A DNA stretch of 59,372 nucleotides, the filler included. It is 6 parts of 6 records of this genome, joined end to end, with 100 filler letters (N's around TTAATTAATTAA, not from the genome) between each part and the next. Parts side by side here need not be neighbours in the genome. Positions count along the whole stretch, not along the records: positions 1 to 6,255 come from SRR31147125_0; positions 6,356 to 16,434 come from SRR31147125_24; 4 more parts are not named here. One strand, given 5' to 3'. The notes under the pieces are model-generated. The model saw only the letters and a list, made by a program, of their open reading frames with translations, had not been told where the DNA came from and did no database searches. A program made the position numbers and the translations under genes. Numbering within the stretch: position 1 is the stretch's first letter; every line of letters starts with the position of its first letter. This document shows, one piece after another, positions 1 through 9,956 of the stretch.

Positions 1-68
1 AATTCAAAATTGATTCTTTTTGAATTAAAAATTCTTCTGAACCATTTTGACTTTGAAAAATATATGGA

Positions 69-953
69 GTGATAGTAATGAAGTATAAATTAATAGTAAG
101 TGATATTGATGGTACTCTTTTGGATAATAAACAATTCATATCCAGACAAACAATAAAGTCAATAGATACAGCTAGAGAAAGTGGAATTTTATTCACTGTT
201 GCAACTGGTAGAAATCATATAAATACGATGAGGGTTGCTAAAAAAACGAAAATAATGACTCCGATTATTTGTAATGACGGAGCATTAGTCATTGACATGG
301 CAACAAATAAAGTTATACATCAAGAAAGAATCCCAAAAAAATGCTCAAAAGGTATTTTGGAGATTTTAAATCAATACGATTTTAGGTACTCTATTCATTT
401 CTTACATGCTTCTATAATTAATAAAAACTTTAACACATCTTTGCTTAGGTTTATTAAAAAGAGTGGATTATCTTTCAAGACTATTATAAATATTTTTCAA
501 TTTTCAAGAGATAAAAAATACTTTACTCAAATGAAGCATGAAGATATTCTTGATTATATGGAAGAACATGATGATTATCCATTTAAAATTTGTGTGTTTG
601 ATCATGAAGCGAATCCTGATAAATTTGATGAGGCTATAAGTGAAATTAATGAGCACTATTATGAAGATATTGAACTATCAATGATAACAAGTTTTGGATT
701 TGAATTGGTTGCAAAAGATGTTTCAAAAGCTGAAGGCTTAAAGAAATTATGTAAATACTTAGAGATCTATCCTGACCAAACAGTTGCATTTGGGGACAAC
801 TATAACGATGCTGATATGATAAAACTCGCTGGAATGGGTGTTGCAATGGGAAATGCCAAAGAGAAGATTAAATTCATCGCTGATGTTATCACTGATTCAA
901 ATGAACACAACGGAATTGGAAAAGTTATTGATAAAATGATATTAAATAAATAA
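69..953 (+). CDS. Cof-type HAD-IIB family hydrolase
   Basis: HAD motif I DIDGTLL, motif II ATGR, motif III/IV SKAEGL...AFGDNYNDADMI...GVAMGNA. Confidence 0.92.
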   Translation: MIVMKYKLIVSDIDGTLLDNKQFISRQTIKSIDTARESGILFTVATGRNHINTMRVAKKTKIMTPIICNDGALVIDMATNKVIHQERIPKKCSKGILEILNQYDFRYSIHFLHASIINKNFNTSLLRFIKKSGLSFKTIINIFQFSRDKKYFTQMKHEDILDYMEEHDDYPFKICVFDHEANPDKFDEAISEINEHYYEDIELSMITSFGFELVAKDVSKAEGLKKLCKYLEIYPDQTVAFGDNYNDADMIKLAGMGVAMGNAKEKIKFIADVITDSNEHNGIGKVIDKMILNK

Positions 954-1004
954 AGCAAACAAAAAAAGAGCAGTTCGATTTGAATGCTCTTTTTGTTTGC
1001 TTTA
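951..1004. terminator. bidirectional intrinsic terminator between convergent genes
   Basis: Inverted repeat TAAAGCAAACAAAAAAAGAGCA / TGCTCTTTTTGTTTGCTTTA spanning both stop codons. Confidence 0.75.
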
Positions 1005-2245
1005 TTTAAAAAATTTTTTAATAAACTCGTTATTTTCTTCAAGCATATCATTTGCTAAATAATATGAACTCATATAAGCCACGGCTTTTACATCACTATT
1101 TCTCTCAATAATTTCAATTAATTTCCCTTCAATATCAGTTAGGGGAATTAGAAGTTCTGACGAATTTTCAGCTTTTAATTCTAATAATTCAAATAATACC
1201 TTTAATTCATTTGATTGATTAAGTGCTTTATTAAAGTTCTTTTCAGCTTCAGATGCATCACCTATTTTAAGAGCTAACTTTGAAGCTTCAAGAAAGATAT
1301 TTGCATTTAAACTTTGAGGCTCCTTATTTTCTTCGTTTAATATTCCACTTATCTTAGAATAAATTTTCTTTAACTCCCGTTTTGGTGGGTTATTAACTTT
1401 ATTAAGTTCTAAAATATTTAATGTTGCCTCTACAAAACCAATACCATTAGACATCTCCTGTATTTTTTCATAACAAAATTCAGCTTCACTATATCTTTCC
1501 AATTTCACATAAGCTTTAGCCATTAAATTTAATATCTCAGATTTTTTTTGTCTATTTCTCTCTGTATTTTTTACATTATCAAGAACTTTAATTGTTTGTC
1601 TATATTTTCCCAATTTGTAAAAAGTTTTTGCAGAATTAAAAAGAAATACATTTTTTGATTCCTGCTTTATTTTATCAAAGAAAGGTTCCACGCAATAATA
1701 AAGATTCTCTAATTCATTGTTTCTATTTAACTTATTATAGCAAACAGATAATTTTTCAATAATTTCACTTAACTCTTTATATTGCTTAGCAGATAAATAA
1801 TACTCAAATGATTTTACAAAATAAAGAACTGAAAAAACATGATCTTCAGCTACAAAGGCCTTTTTCGCTACTTCGAAATAGATCTCTGCTCTATTTTGTC
1901 TATTATTTTGAACTATCTCCCTCTCTTTAACTCTCAGCTCATTTATATAAGCTTCTGAATATTCTTCTGTCCTGATAAATTTAATTAATTTTTCAGCTTT
2001 ACTAGACATCTCTTCATCAACCTCAACGAAGAAATCCTCCAGTTTAATTATAATGTTTCTTTTTTTAGTAACTTATTAAAATTTTTAGTAACCTCTTCAG
2101 CTTTGGCTCTGGTTATTTTTCTTCGGTTCTGCTCAACCATTCCAATATAGCTTCTTGATATATTATCTCCTGCCAGCTCATATTGCTTTATACCATACTG
2201 TTTCCGTAGCCGCATAAGTTTATCTCCGCTAGTACTATAGCTCAT
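1002..2245 (-). CDS. XRE-type HTH + TPR-repeat regulator (RRNPP-like), ~414 aa; split by a 1-nt frameshift at A7 run 2060-2066
   Basis: N-terminal HTH GDKLMRLRKQYGIKQYELAG..ISRSYIGMVEQ; adding one A gives LKKRNIIIKLEDFFVEVDEE in frame with the 335-aa TPR-like ORF (ILNLMAKAYVKLERYSEAEFCYEK). Confidence 0.75.
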
Positions 2246-2341
2246 CTCTCTCCCTCCATTGCTTTAGCTTAACTTCTCTTGTTTTTCTTCTCATCCCCCT
2301 TGTTAAAAAAATCACGCTTTTCTTCTTTTCCCTTTATATAT

Positions 2342-2370
2342 ATAATACAAGATTTTTTAATAGGTTTCAA
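2342..2370 (-). promoter_or_regulatory. putative sigma70 promoter of the HTH-TPR gene
   Basis: TTGAAA-17 nt-TATTAT on the minus strand. Confidence 0.5.
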
Positions 2371-2454
2371 GACAATTATCAAAATAATTAAATTTTTTAT
2401 AATTTTATCACTTTTTACCAGCGTCAAATTAAAATTATAGCACTTATAGTCTCA

Positions 2455-2511
2455 TTAAGTCATAATTTAAAAAACACCTTTACAAAAAGGTGTTTTTTTT
2501 TAATGACTTAA
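2455..2511 (-). terminator. intrinsic terminator after the MFS gene
   Basis: AAAAAACACCTTT/AAAGGTGTTTTTT stem with outer TTAAGTCAT/ATGACTTAA arms. Confidence 0.7.
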
Positions 2512-2537
2512 ATTGCAATATTAATTTACCACGATGT

Positions 2538-3845
2538 TTAATCGGTTCTAACTTCATTGTATCTCGAGTAAAAGTATGCAGATGTCATGAAAAATATTGC
2601 CGAAAAGATACACGATAAATAAACCCCACCTTTTGTCACTTTATTTATTTGGAATTTAAAAGCAATCAAAACCATTGGAAGGATTGCTATAGATACTAAG
2701 AAAGACATTTTTAAAAAGAACCCTTGTATCCCAAAATAAATACCTTCTAACTTTGTATTGTACTTCTCAGAGTTCATTACAACTATCTCACTTAACATTG
2801 CAGGTGGAAATATAAATGCAGCTCCAGCTATTGGTATTCCCATTAATGCAAAAATAACAAAACCAGATTTTACAGGTAATATTTTACCTACAAAAAACAT
2901 CAGAAGCGAAAATATAGTTAATAAAAATAGATTAATAATCATTAGTTTTCTATATCCATATTTTTTTGCTAATCTATTTACAGGATAAAAACAAAGTGCA
3001 GATGTTCCAAATAAACATGCTGATGCAAGTGTAATCTCTTTTTTACCCATCCCCATTAAATCTTCCACGTAATAATTCATTGAAGCTCTCAACATATTAA
3101 AACCTACAAAGAAAAACAGAAGTCCTAATAAATAATATCTAAAATCTACATCTTTAAACGCAAGTTTTAACGACTTCATGAAGTTCGCAGGTTCTTTATG
3201 AGGCTGCGAATACTCCTTTTCCTTTAAACCAAAAGCCATTGCGTAAGTCCCTATCAGGGCACATATAGTCAGCATTATGACCATTTTTCTTATTCCCAGC
3301 TCTGTATTGCCTTTTCCCAAAGAAGCTATCAATATTCCCGGAAGAACCATTGCTACAGCTGTATACACGAGTCTAAATACTGATTGCCAAGTTGACAGGT
3401 TTAATCTATCCTCTTTTTGATGTCCAATCTCTGGAATCAAAGCATTATAAGGTCCTCCAACAAAAGTATAAAATGTAAAAAATAACGATCCCACAACTGC
3501 AAGATACAAAAATGTCATAAACTCCGAACTTCTAATTGGATAGAAAAATGCAATTGTCGACAAACCTAGAGGTAGACCTCCAAATAGTATAAAGGGGATT
3601 CTTTTTCCCCATTTTGAATCATAACTATCAGACCAGTAACCCACTAGCGGATCCATAATCATATCGACAAACCTAGAGATAACCAGCGCAAGTGATATGT
3701 ATAGTGTTCCCATTATTGGTACTAAACCAGAGTTCTCAGGTGGAAGATAATAGTAAAGTACCCATTGGGCAAATATCTGATCAATTACTGCATAACCTAC
3801 ACCCAAACCATAAAGAATTTGAATTCCTTTGGTTATTCTCTTCAT
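2538..3845 (-). CDS. MFS transporter, glycoside-pentoside-hexuronide (MelB/GPH-like) family
   Basis: About 12 TM segments; SRFVDMIMDPLVGYWSD..SKWGKRIPF and PYNALIPE motifs. Confidence 0.88.
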   Translation of the reverse strand: MKRITKGIQILYGLGVGYAVIDQIFAQWVLYYYLPPENSGLVPIMGTLYISLALVISRFVDMIMDPLVGYWSDSYDSKWGKRIPFILFGGLPLGLSTIAFFYPIRSSEFMTFLYLAVVGSLFFTFYTFVGGPYNALIPEIGHQKEDRLNLSTWQSVFRLVYTAVAMVLPGILIASLGKGNTELGIRKMVIMLTICALIGTYAMAFGLKEKEYSQPHKEPANFMKSLKLAFKDVDFRYYLLGLLFFFVGFNMLRASMNYYVEDLMGMGKKEITLASACLFGTSALCFYPVNRLAKKYGYRKLMIINLFLLTIFSLLMFFVGKILPVKSGFVIFALMGIPIAGAAFIFPPAMLSEIVVMNSEKYNTKLEGIYFGIQGFFLKMSFLVSIAILPMVLIAFKFQINKVTKGGVYLSCIFSAIFFMTSAYFYSRYNEVRTD

Positions 3846-3862
3846 CTCTTCCTCCTAGTTTT

Positions 3863-4795
3863 TTAATCTTTTAAAAACACATCTATAGTTTCGATGTACT
3901 CTTCTTTATTCTCTCTATAAACTATAACATGCTTTCCTTTTTTAAACAAATGTAAGAAAATATTTCTTTTGCCCTCTAACTCCAACAACTCTTTTTTAAG
4001 CATTTCATAAGGAGTTTTTTTATCTTCGATTGATTGTAAAATTAGCGCATGAACATCAATTTTCTGCAAGAGGTAACCTAATTTTAGTTTATACAATTTA
4101 CCATGTACCATCATATTAAACACCATTGGTGCTATTATTTTTATATGTTTTGTATAGATTTTTTCTCCTGCTGTCTTTAATATCATCTTCCTAGAGTTAC
4201 TGAGAGGGCTATCCAGAACTATCTTCTCCACCTTTACATCTAAGTTATCTAATTTATGTTTGTAACGATATACAGCCAATACTGAGCCAAGAGCACCCAT
4301 TGAAAAACCATACAAAACAATTTTTTTCTTATTGAATGTATTTCTAAGAAAAGTAATCGATGAATATATATCCTGGGAATACACAAAACCAAGTTTTGTT
4401 AGTCCTTTATCAGAAGCGCCGGAATTTCTCATATTTACAAGTAAAATTGAATACTCTTTTGTGTATCCTTTTTCTTTCAAAAACTCAAGATATTCAAGCA
4501 GAATTAACCTATTTGTTCCTCTTCCGTGAATCAAAACCATTGCTTTATGTGACGTCTTATTTTCAGAGGGGATATACCAAGCTGTTAGTTTTTTGTTATC
4601 CGAATAGAAGGAAACCTCCTGATAATCCAAACCATAAGTTAGAGGAGTGGAAATATCCTTTATACCGTACTTCTCCATTCTTCTCGCAGAACTATACACA
4701 TCTTCATCTCTTATATGTTTGGTATACATGATTTTATAGAGTGAGTAGAATACTGTTGTAAACATTAGCAGTATAAATAAAATAAACACTGTCAT
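3863..4795 (-). CDS. alpha/beta-fold hydrolase with N-terminal membrane anchor
   Basis: IHGRG oxyanion motif, GFSMG nucleophile elbow, C-terminal Asp (EDKKTP) and His (GKH). Confidence 0.85.
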   Translation of the reverse strand: MTVFILFILLMFTTVFYSLYKIMYTKHIRDEDVYSSARRMEKYGIKDISTPLTYGLDYQEVSFYSDNKKLTAWYIPSENKTSHKAMVLIHGRGTNRLILLEYLEFLKEKGYTKEYSILLVNMRNSGASDKGLTKLGFVYSQDIYSSITFLRNTFNKKKIVLYGFSMGALGSVLAVYRYKHKLDNLDVKVEKIVLDSPLSNSRKMILKTAGEKIYTKHIKIIAPMVFNMMVHGKLYKLKLGYLLQKIDVHALILQSIEDKKTPYEMLKKELLELEGKRNIFLHLFKKGKHVIVYRENKEEYIETIDVFLKD

Positions 4796-5972
4796 CTCTT
4801 TAACACCACCGGTTTTTTAGGTTCATCATATGGATTCTTCATCTTATAAATTGAGTCTACCATCATCTCATACTTAACTACCTCTCTCTGTTGTTCATCA
4901 AAGTCAGCTGTTATATTTTTAAAAGTCGTAACCATTGGTAAATTCATCTCTTTTTTTATTTTACTCATATATTCTCTACCTTTTTTACTAAATCCTAAAA
5001 TCCTTATATAGCTTAACTCTTTTCTCATATTACTAACAAACTCTTTCTTCGTTCCAAGTAAAATATGTGTAAGTATTCTACGTATTCTAGAATTAGTATA
5101 TCTCTTTGATATTAATTTTTCATAAAATTGCTCAAAATTATCTGCTTCCAAACATGCATTATAAAGTCTATTTTCAAAACCCACCTCTACATCTTGGATA
5201 TCTAGGACTTTTTCTCTATTTCTTATTATATAGTATTTAATTAAGTCATAATAATCCTCTAATTTAACTGTTTTTTCTGTTTCTATTTCCTGTTTAAGTA
5301 TCTTGAAGCTCTCACTTGGTACCGAGCTTTTTATGTTATCAATCTTATTATTTAATATATATTTTCTTATATTAGTTGCTGAAGTTATATTTTCAACTAT
5401 CTCTTTTGAATAAAATCCGGCTTTTTCTCGTTTAATAGTTTTAAACTTTATTCTATAATTTTTTTAATTGCAGCTTTCATATATTCGAGGCCCAAAATAT
5501 TATTCGGTGATAAAAAGCCCTCTTCACCAATTAATTCCTTCAATATATTATCTGAAGCATTTGGATAAGAGATTCCTTTTTTCATCTCGATTTTGATTTT
5601 ACTATTAAACTCATCGCTTAGTTGAAGTTTTGCAATATTTTCAAGCTTATTTATCTCACCTGATTCAGAACCAAAAACTATTCTGTCTACTCCTAGTTCC
5701 TCTAATATAGCAACAGAACCCTCTGCAAATATCTCGGCACTTTGATTAGAGTAGTATGATGGAAGCTCAACAACTATATCCACTCCGTTTAATAAAGCCA
5801 TTTCAGCTCTTTTCCATTTATTAATCACAGCAGGTTCTCCTCTTTGCAAGAAATTCCCACTCATAACTGCTATGCTCACATCTGCTCCAGTTATCTCCTT
5901 GGATTTATCCAGATGAAGTTTATGTCCATTGTGAAATGGGTTGTATTCTACAATTAAGCCCACTGCTCTCAT
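4792..5972 (-). CDS. tmcAL: tRNA(Met) cytidine acetate ligase (HIGH nucleotidyltransferase), ~393 aa; split by a 1-nt frameshift at A7 run 5459-5465
   Basis: EYNPFHNGH, MSGNFLQRGEPA, PNNILGLEY; the shifted frame gives ITSATNIRK and joins GFENRL...KRYTNSRIRR...YIRILGF. Confidence 0.88.
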
Positions 5973-6033
5973 CTATTTTTCCTCTACTTTCATCTATTTT
6001 TCCTTGTGTTTTTCTATATTTTTTAACTTCTAT

Positions 6034-6062
6034 ATTATAACATTAAGTTATCTATTTTTAAA
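6034..6062 (-). promoter_or_regulatory. putative extended -10 sigma70 promoter for the tmcAL operon
   Basis: TTTAAA-17 nt-TATAAT with TGn immediately upstream of the -10. Confidence 0.5.
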
Positions 6063-6207
6063 CTCTTTGTTAGTTTATATATACTAATTTGTATAGCTTA
6101 CCTACATACTGTATATTAGTTCTTATCTGTTTCCCAATGTTAAAACACCTTCCACTTTTCCAACATAAATCTAAAATAATTTAAAAAAAAAAATATATAA
6201 TTTACCC

Positions 6208-6236
6208 TTGAATAAATTATTTGCATAGTATATAAT
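6208..6236 (+). promoter_or_regulatory. near-consensus sigma70 promoter reading off the contig end
   Basis: TTGAAT-17 nt-TATAAT with an A-rich upstream element. Confidence 0.55.
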
Positions 6237-6255
6237 ACTAATTAGTATTATATAC

Positions 6256-6355
6256 NNNNNNNNNNNNNNNNNNNNNNNNNNNNNNNNNNNNNNNNNNNNT
6301 TAATTAATTAANNNNNNNNNNNNNNNNNNNNNNNNNNNNNNNNNNNNNNNNNNNN
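6256..6355. other. artificial contig spacer
   Basis: N44-TTAATTAATTAA-N44, stops in all six frames. Confidence 0.98.
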
Positions 6356-6379
6356 CCCTATTGACGTCTTTATATATCC

Positions 6380-6856
6380 ATGGAGTCACTATTAATGAGT
6401 TATATAGAAGCCATATGCATCAGTACAAAAAAAGGAGTACCCAAAGATCCGGTTCCTGAAGCGGAATTTATAACCGATTGGGGTATCGATGGCGATGCCC
6501 ATGCTGGTCATTGGCATAGACAGGTCTCTCTCTTGGCTGGAGAAAGTATTGATAAAATGAAAAAAATATATCCGCCACTAACAGCCGGTGCTTTTGGTGA
6601 AAACCTTATTACCCGCGGCATGGATTTGAAATCGTTAACTGTTGGCGATGTCCTGCGTATAGGCGATGATGTGATATTAAAAGTAACGCAAATAGGCAAA
6701 GAATGTCATTCAGGTTGCGTAATTAAAGAACAAACGGGCGATTGTATTATGCCAAGAGAAGGTATTTTTGTCCGTGTCATACACGGCGCCATGGTAAGAC
6801 CGAAGGATATGATTAATAAAATAAAAATATCTGAAATTGACAATCCAGCACATTAG
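6380..6856 (+). CDS. MOSC domain protein (molybdenum cofactor sulfurase C-terminal type)
   Basis: GDAHAGHWHRQVSLL, GAFGENL, VTQIGKECH, CIMPREGIF. Confidence 0.9.
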   Translation: MESLLMSYIEAICISTKKGVPKDPVPEAEFITDWGIDGDAHAGHWHRQVSLLAGESIDKMKKIYPPLTAGAFGENLITRGMDLKSLTVGDVLRIGDDVILKVTQIGKECHSGCVIKEQTGDCIMPREGIFVRVIHGAMVRPKDMINKIKISEIDNPAH

Positions 6857-7184
6857 GCATCTTGAAGACAATTTGATTTATCAATTTTAAGATTTGTCCC
6901 GGGAACAGCCAATCCTTCACACCTTATGAACAATACTTTACTTCTTGTCTTTATTTTCGCTTTTCTTTTGTTTCTTTCGAGCTGTTATTCTTGAAATCTT
7001 TTCACTTTTTCTTACCTTTATTGATTTTCATCACATAATATATGCTATTATTTTTTGTATATTTAACCAGTTATAAAAAAGGATGTCAAACTGAAACTGA
7101 ACATATATCTCCTGCATAAGGGATAAACTTCAATTAAAAGGTCAGAGAAACACGAACAGTTGTTTACACTGAAAGGGATTTAGC

Positions 7185-7406
7185 ATGAACGGAAAAAAGA
7201 ACATCGATTTTGATGAGATTGCTCTGGATCATATGAACATCCTTTATGAGCATGCCATAAAACTAACACCAACCACCGAAATTGCCGAGGTACTCATTCA
7301 AAAAACATTTGAACATGCCTTTAATAATTTCAGCTCATCCATGCATGCGATCAATTATAAAACGTGGTTTCTGGACATCATGGAAAAAATGAATCAGGAA
7401 AAATAA
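7185..7406 (+). CDS. small protein resembling ECF sigma factor region 2 only
   Basis: FDEIALDHMNILYEHAIKLT...AEVLIQKTF...NYKTWFLDIM resembles the ECF N-terminal sigma2 domain; RBS AAGGGA upstream; no sigma4. Confidence 0.6.
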   Translation: MNGKKNIDFDEIALDHMNILYEHAIKLTPTTEIAEVLIQKTFEHAFNNFSSSMHAINYKTWFLDIMEKMNQEK

Positions 7407-7838
7407 AAAACCATGTTTACACGTTCCCGTTCGAGCAGGCCTGTTCCTACACATTTTTTTAAAAGAACCAATGACATTTTAATTATCCCGCCTTGAAATA
7501 CAATTTTAACCAGACTCATCGAATTTCTTATAAAATATCTTGAAATTCCTAACTGATCGAATTATTTTAATTCAACAATCTGTAGCATGAAGGTTAGATC
7601 CACTAATTACAACAAAAACTTTAACCTGGAAATGATTCATAAATCAATCGGCTACCAGGATTACATCATAAAGGATTCAGGAGATTTTAGACGATAGGAT
7701 AAACTTTGGATACAGGGACAAAATATCCTTTTAATTTACCAGATAACATGCTAGATTATATCGAACGTAACAAGTAGACAACAGACAAAACTCTTTGTCA
7801 CAACAAGCCTGCTTTCTGACTTAATTTTCAATCAAATC

Positions 7839-8879
7839 ATGATAAAGATTCTGTTTTTATCAGACACACATCTCGGCTTTGACATGCCAATGCGCCCTCG
7901 AATCACAAGAAGACGCAGAGGGGCTGATTTTTTTGCCAACTATAAAAGCGCTCTGCAACCAGCATTCATGAAGAAAGTGGATCTGGTTTTACATGGAGGT
8001 GATCTGTTTTTCCGCAGCCGGGTCCATCCATCCGTTATAGAGATGGCCTTTGCGCCGCTGCTCGAATTAGCCGAAATGGATATTCCTGTTTTTCTCGTGC
8101 CGGGAAACCATGAACGATCATCTATTCCCATGTCGTTATTGGAATCTCACCCGAATATTTTTGTCTTTTATCAGCCCAAAACGTTTCTCTTTGCTTTAAA
8201 CAATCAGAAACTGGCTCTCTCTGGATTTCCTTATTACCGAAAAGGCATTCAAAAAAATTTCAATTCGATTTTACAGGAAACAGAATATCATAAACACGAT
8301 GCGAATATTCGTATTCTCTGTATGCACCATATTGTGGAGGGTGCGCAGGTAGGATATCAGGACTATACATTTCGCCAGGGCCCGGATATTATCAAGGGTT
8401 CACAGATTCCCGCTGATTTTGCTGCCATTCTGTCCGGCCATATCCACAGGGAACAAATCCTGAAAAAAGATCTGAATAAAAACCCTTTAGCTGCACCGGT
8501 AATTTATCCGGGTTCGACAGAAAGAACCTCCTTTTCAGAACGCAACGAAACAAAAGGATATTATCTATTACAAGTCGCTCCTTCGGAAACACCAGCCGGG
8601 TGTCTGAAAAATGTCTTATTTTCCCCGCTTCCAACACGGCCAATGCTTGATTTGGAATATGAAACACGCGACATTGACGTTGAAACTCTAAAACGTCAAT
8701 TATCAACTAACATATCGCAACTCAATCCCGATAGTATCGTTCGATTAAAGCTGAATGGGCCCATAACAGAAAAAATGATTTCCGCTATCAATGCGAAATT
8801 CCTCAGATCCATTGCTCCAACAACAATGAATATCAGTTTGGCCGCTTTTAACCCACTCTTTCAACAGCATAAAAAATAA
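7839..8879 (+). CDS. SbcD/Mre11-like DNA repair exonuclease (calcineurin-like phosphoesterase)
   Basis: SDTHLG, GGDLF, PGNHE, LSGHIH, YPGSTERTSFSE motifs. Confidence 0.85.
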   Translation: MIKILFLSDTHLGFDMPMRPRITRRRRGADFFANYKSALQPAFMKKVDLVLHGGDLFFRSRVHPSVIEMAFAPLLELAEMDIPVFLVPGNHERSSIPMSLLESHPNIFVFYQPKTFLFALNNQKLALSGFPYYRKGIQKNFNSILQETEYHKHDANIRILCMHHIVEGAQVGYQDYTFRQGPDIIKGSQIPADFAAILSGHIHREQILKKDLNKNPLAAPVIYPGSTERTSFSERNETKGYYLLQVAPSETPAGCLKNVLFSPLPTRPMLDLEYETRDIDVETLKRQLSTNISQLNPDSIVRLKLNGPITEKMISAINAKFLRSIAPTTMNISLAAFNPLFQQHKK

Positions 8880-8930
8880 ACATCCTTGTATGGAGATACT
8901 GAAAAAGCCGCTATATTTAAAACGATCCTG

Positions 8931-9914
8931 TTATTTGATGATAAGTTCATAATTTTCTTTTTTTGTTCTTTTCATCCAGGAATATACAACATACGCTCTG
9001 TCATTTAAAATCCAGACAGGATCATGATCAACGTCTTTTTGACCCTGATAATAATCACTGAACTGTGACAGTTCATTTTCCGAAATTATTTCATCCCAAT
9101 AACCAACCAGACTTCCGTGCACAAATAAAAATGTGTTGGCGTATTTTCCTTTTTCTCTGATAATTATTTGACTTTTTTTAAAATGATTGAAAAATCGTTG
9201 CCGTTTGCAGAAAGAATAAACCGTTTTAAAATTGTTTTTTACTTTATCCGCTTTTTCAAATTCCAGTCTTTGGCTAAAATAGTCTATTTGTTTATTTAAT
9301 CCTGCAGCAACCGCCTTTTCATTTCCATTTAAAAATGCTCTCAAGGCCTCTATTTTACACTGATAGTCCTCTACCGGACAATTTTTTCGGCACTGTTCGA
9401 TACATTTGACCACACTTTTATTCATACAAAGCAATTGTAGTGATTGATCACAACATAAATCAAAAGCAAAATAGTCATATACAATATTTAAAAATGTTGA
9501 AAGATAATATTTATCAGGAAAAGGACCAAAAACATCCTGACTGTCATGCGTATCTTCGTGCCCAAGAATGAGAAATCCTGGATATTCTTCCCTGGTTATA
9601 CAGATATATTTATATTTCAGAAACTCTTTTTGTTTGACATTGAACATTGGCCAATGCCTTTTTACAAGTCTATCCTCTAATAAGAGCGCAAGCAATTCAG
9701 AATTGGTTACAACCCATTTTATATCGCTTATATTCCGGACCAGGCGGGCAGTGCGCGCCTCCCATCTACTATGAGAGTGACCAAAATACTGGGCAACGCG
9801 ACGTTTTAAATTAACAGACTTGCCAATATAAATAACAAGACCTGACTGATTCATAAATTGATAAATCCCCGCTTTTTCCGGAACCTGCAACAGCTTTTCT
9901 TCAAATCGATTCAA
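8931..9914 (-). CDS. GIY-YIG endonuclease, UvrC N-terminal/Cho-like, with Cys cluster and UVR domain
   Basis: PEKAGIYQF..VIYIGKSVNLKRRV, SELLALLLE, FGPF, Cys-rich segment, LEFEKA; no RNase H or HhH tail. Confidence 0.82.
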   Translation of the reverse strand: MNRFEEKLLQVPEKAGIYQFMNQSGLVIYIGKSVNLKRRVAQYFGHSHSRWEARTARLVRNISDIKWVVTNSELLALLLEDRLVKRHWPMFNVKQKEFLKYKYICITREEYPGFLILGHEDTHDSQDVFGPFPDKYYLSTFLNIVYDYFAFDLCCDQSLQLLCMNKSVVKCIEQCRKNCPVEDYQCKIEALRAFLNGNEKAVAAGLNKQIDYFSQRLEFEKADKVKNNFKTVYSFCKRQRFFNHFKKSQIIIREKGKYANTFLFVHGSLVGYWDEIISENELSQFSDYYQGQKDVDHDPVWILNDRAYVVYSWMKRTKKENYELIIK

Positions 9915-9956
9915 ATTTTCACTTTTCCTGAAAAAAAAGACAAATCCGTAATCCTG

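Noticed and set aside
4792-5972. Calling tmcAL and the other split genes pseudogenes or programmed frameshifts
   Set aside because: Each break is a single short indel in a homopolymer with intact motifs on both sides, and this occurs across several unrelated contigs; sequencing error is the simpler explanation
6256-6355. TTAATTAATTAA repeated five times in N-runs as a biological repeat
   Set aside because: Identical 100-nt linker with six-frame stops; an assembly or concatenation artefact
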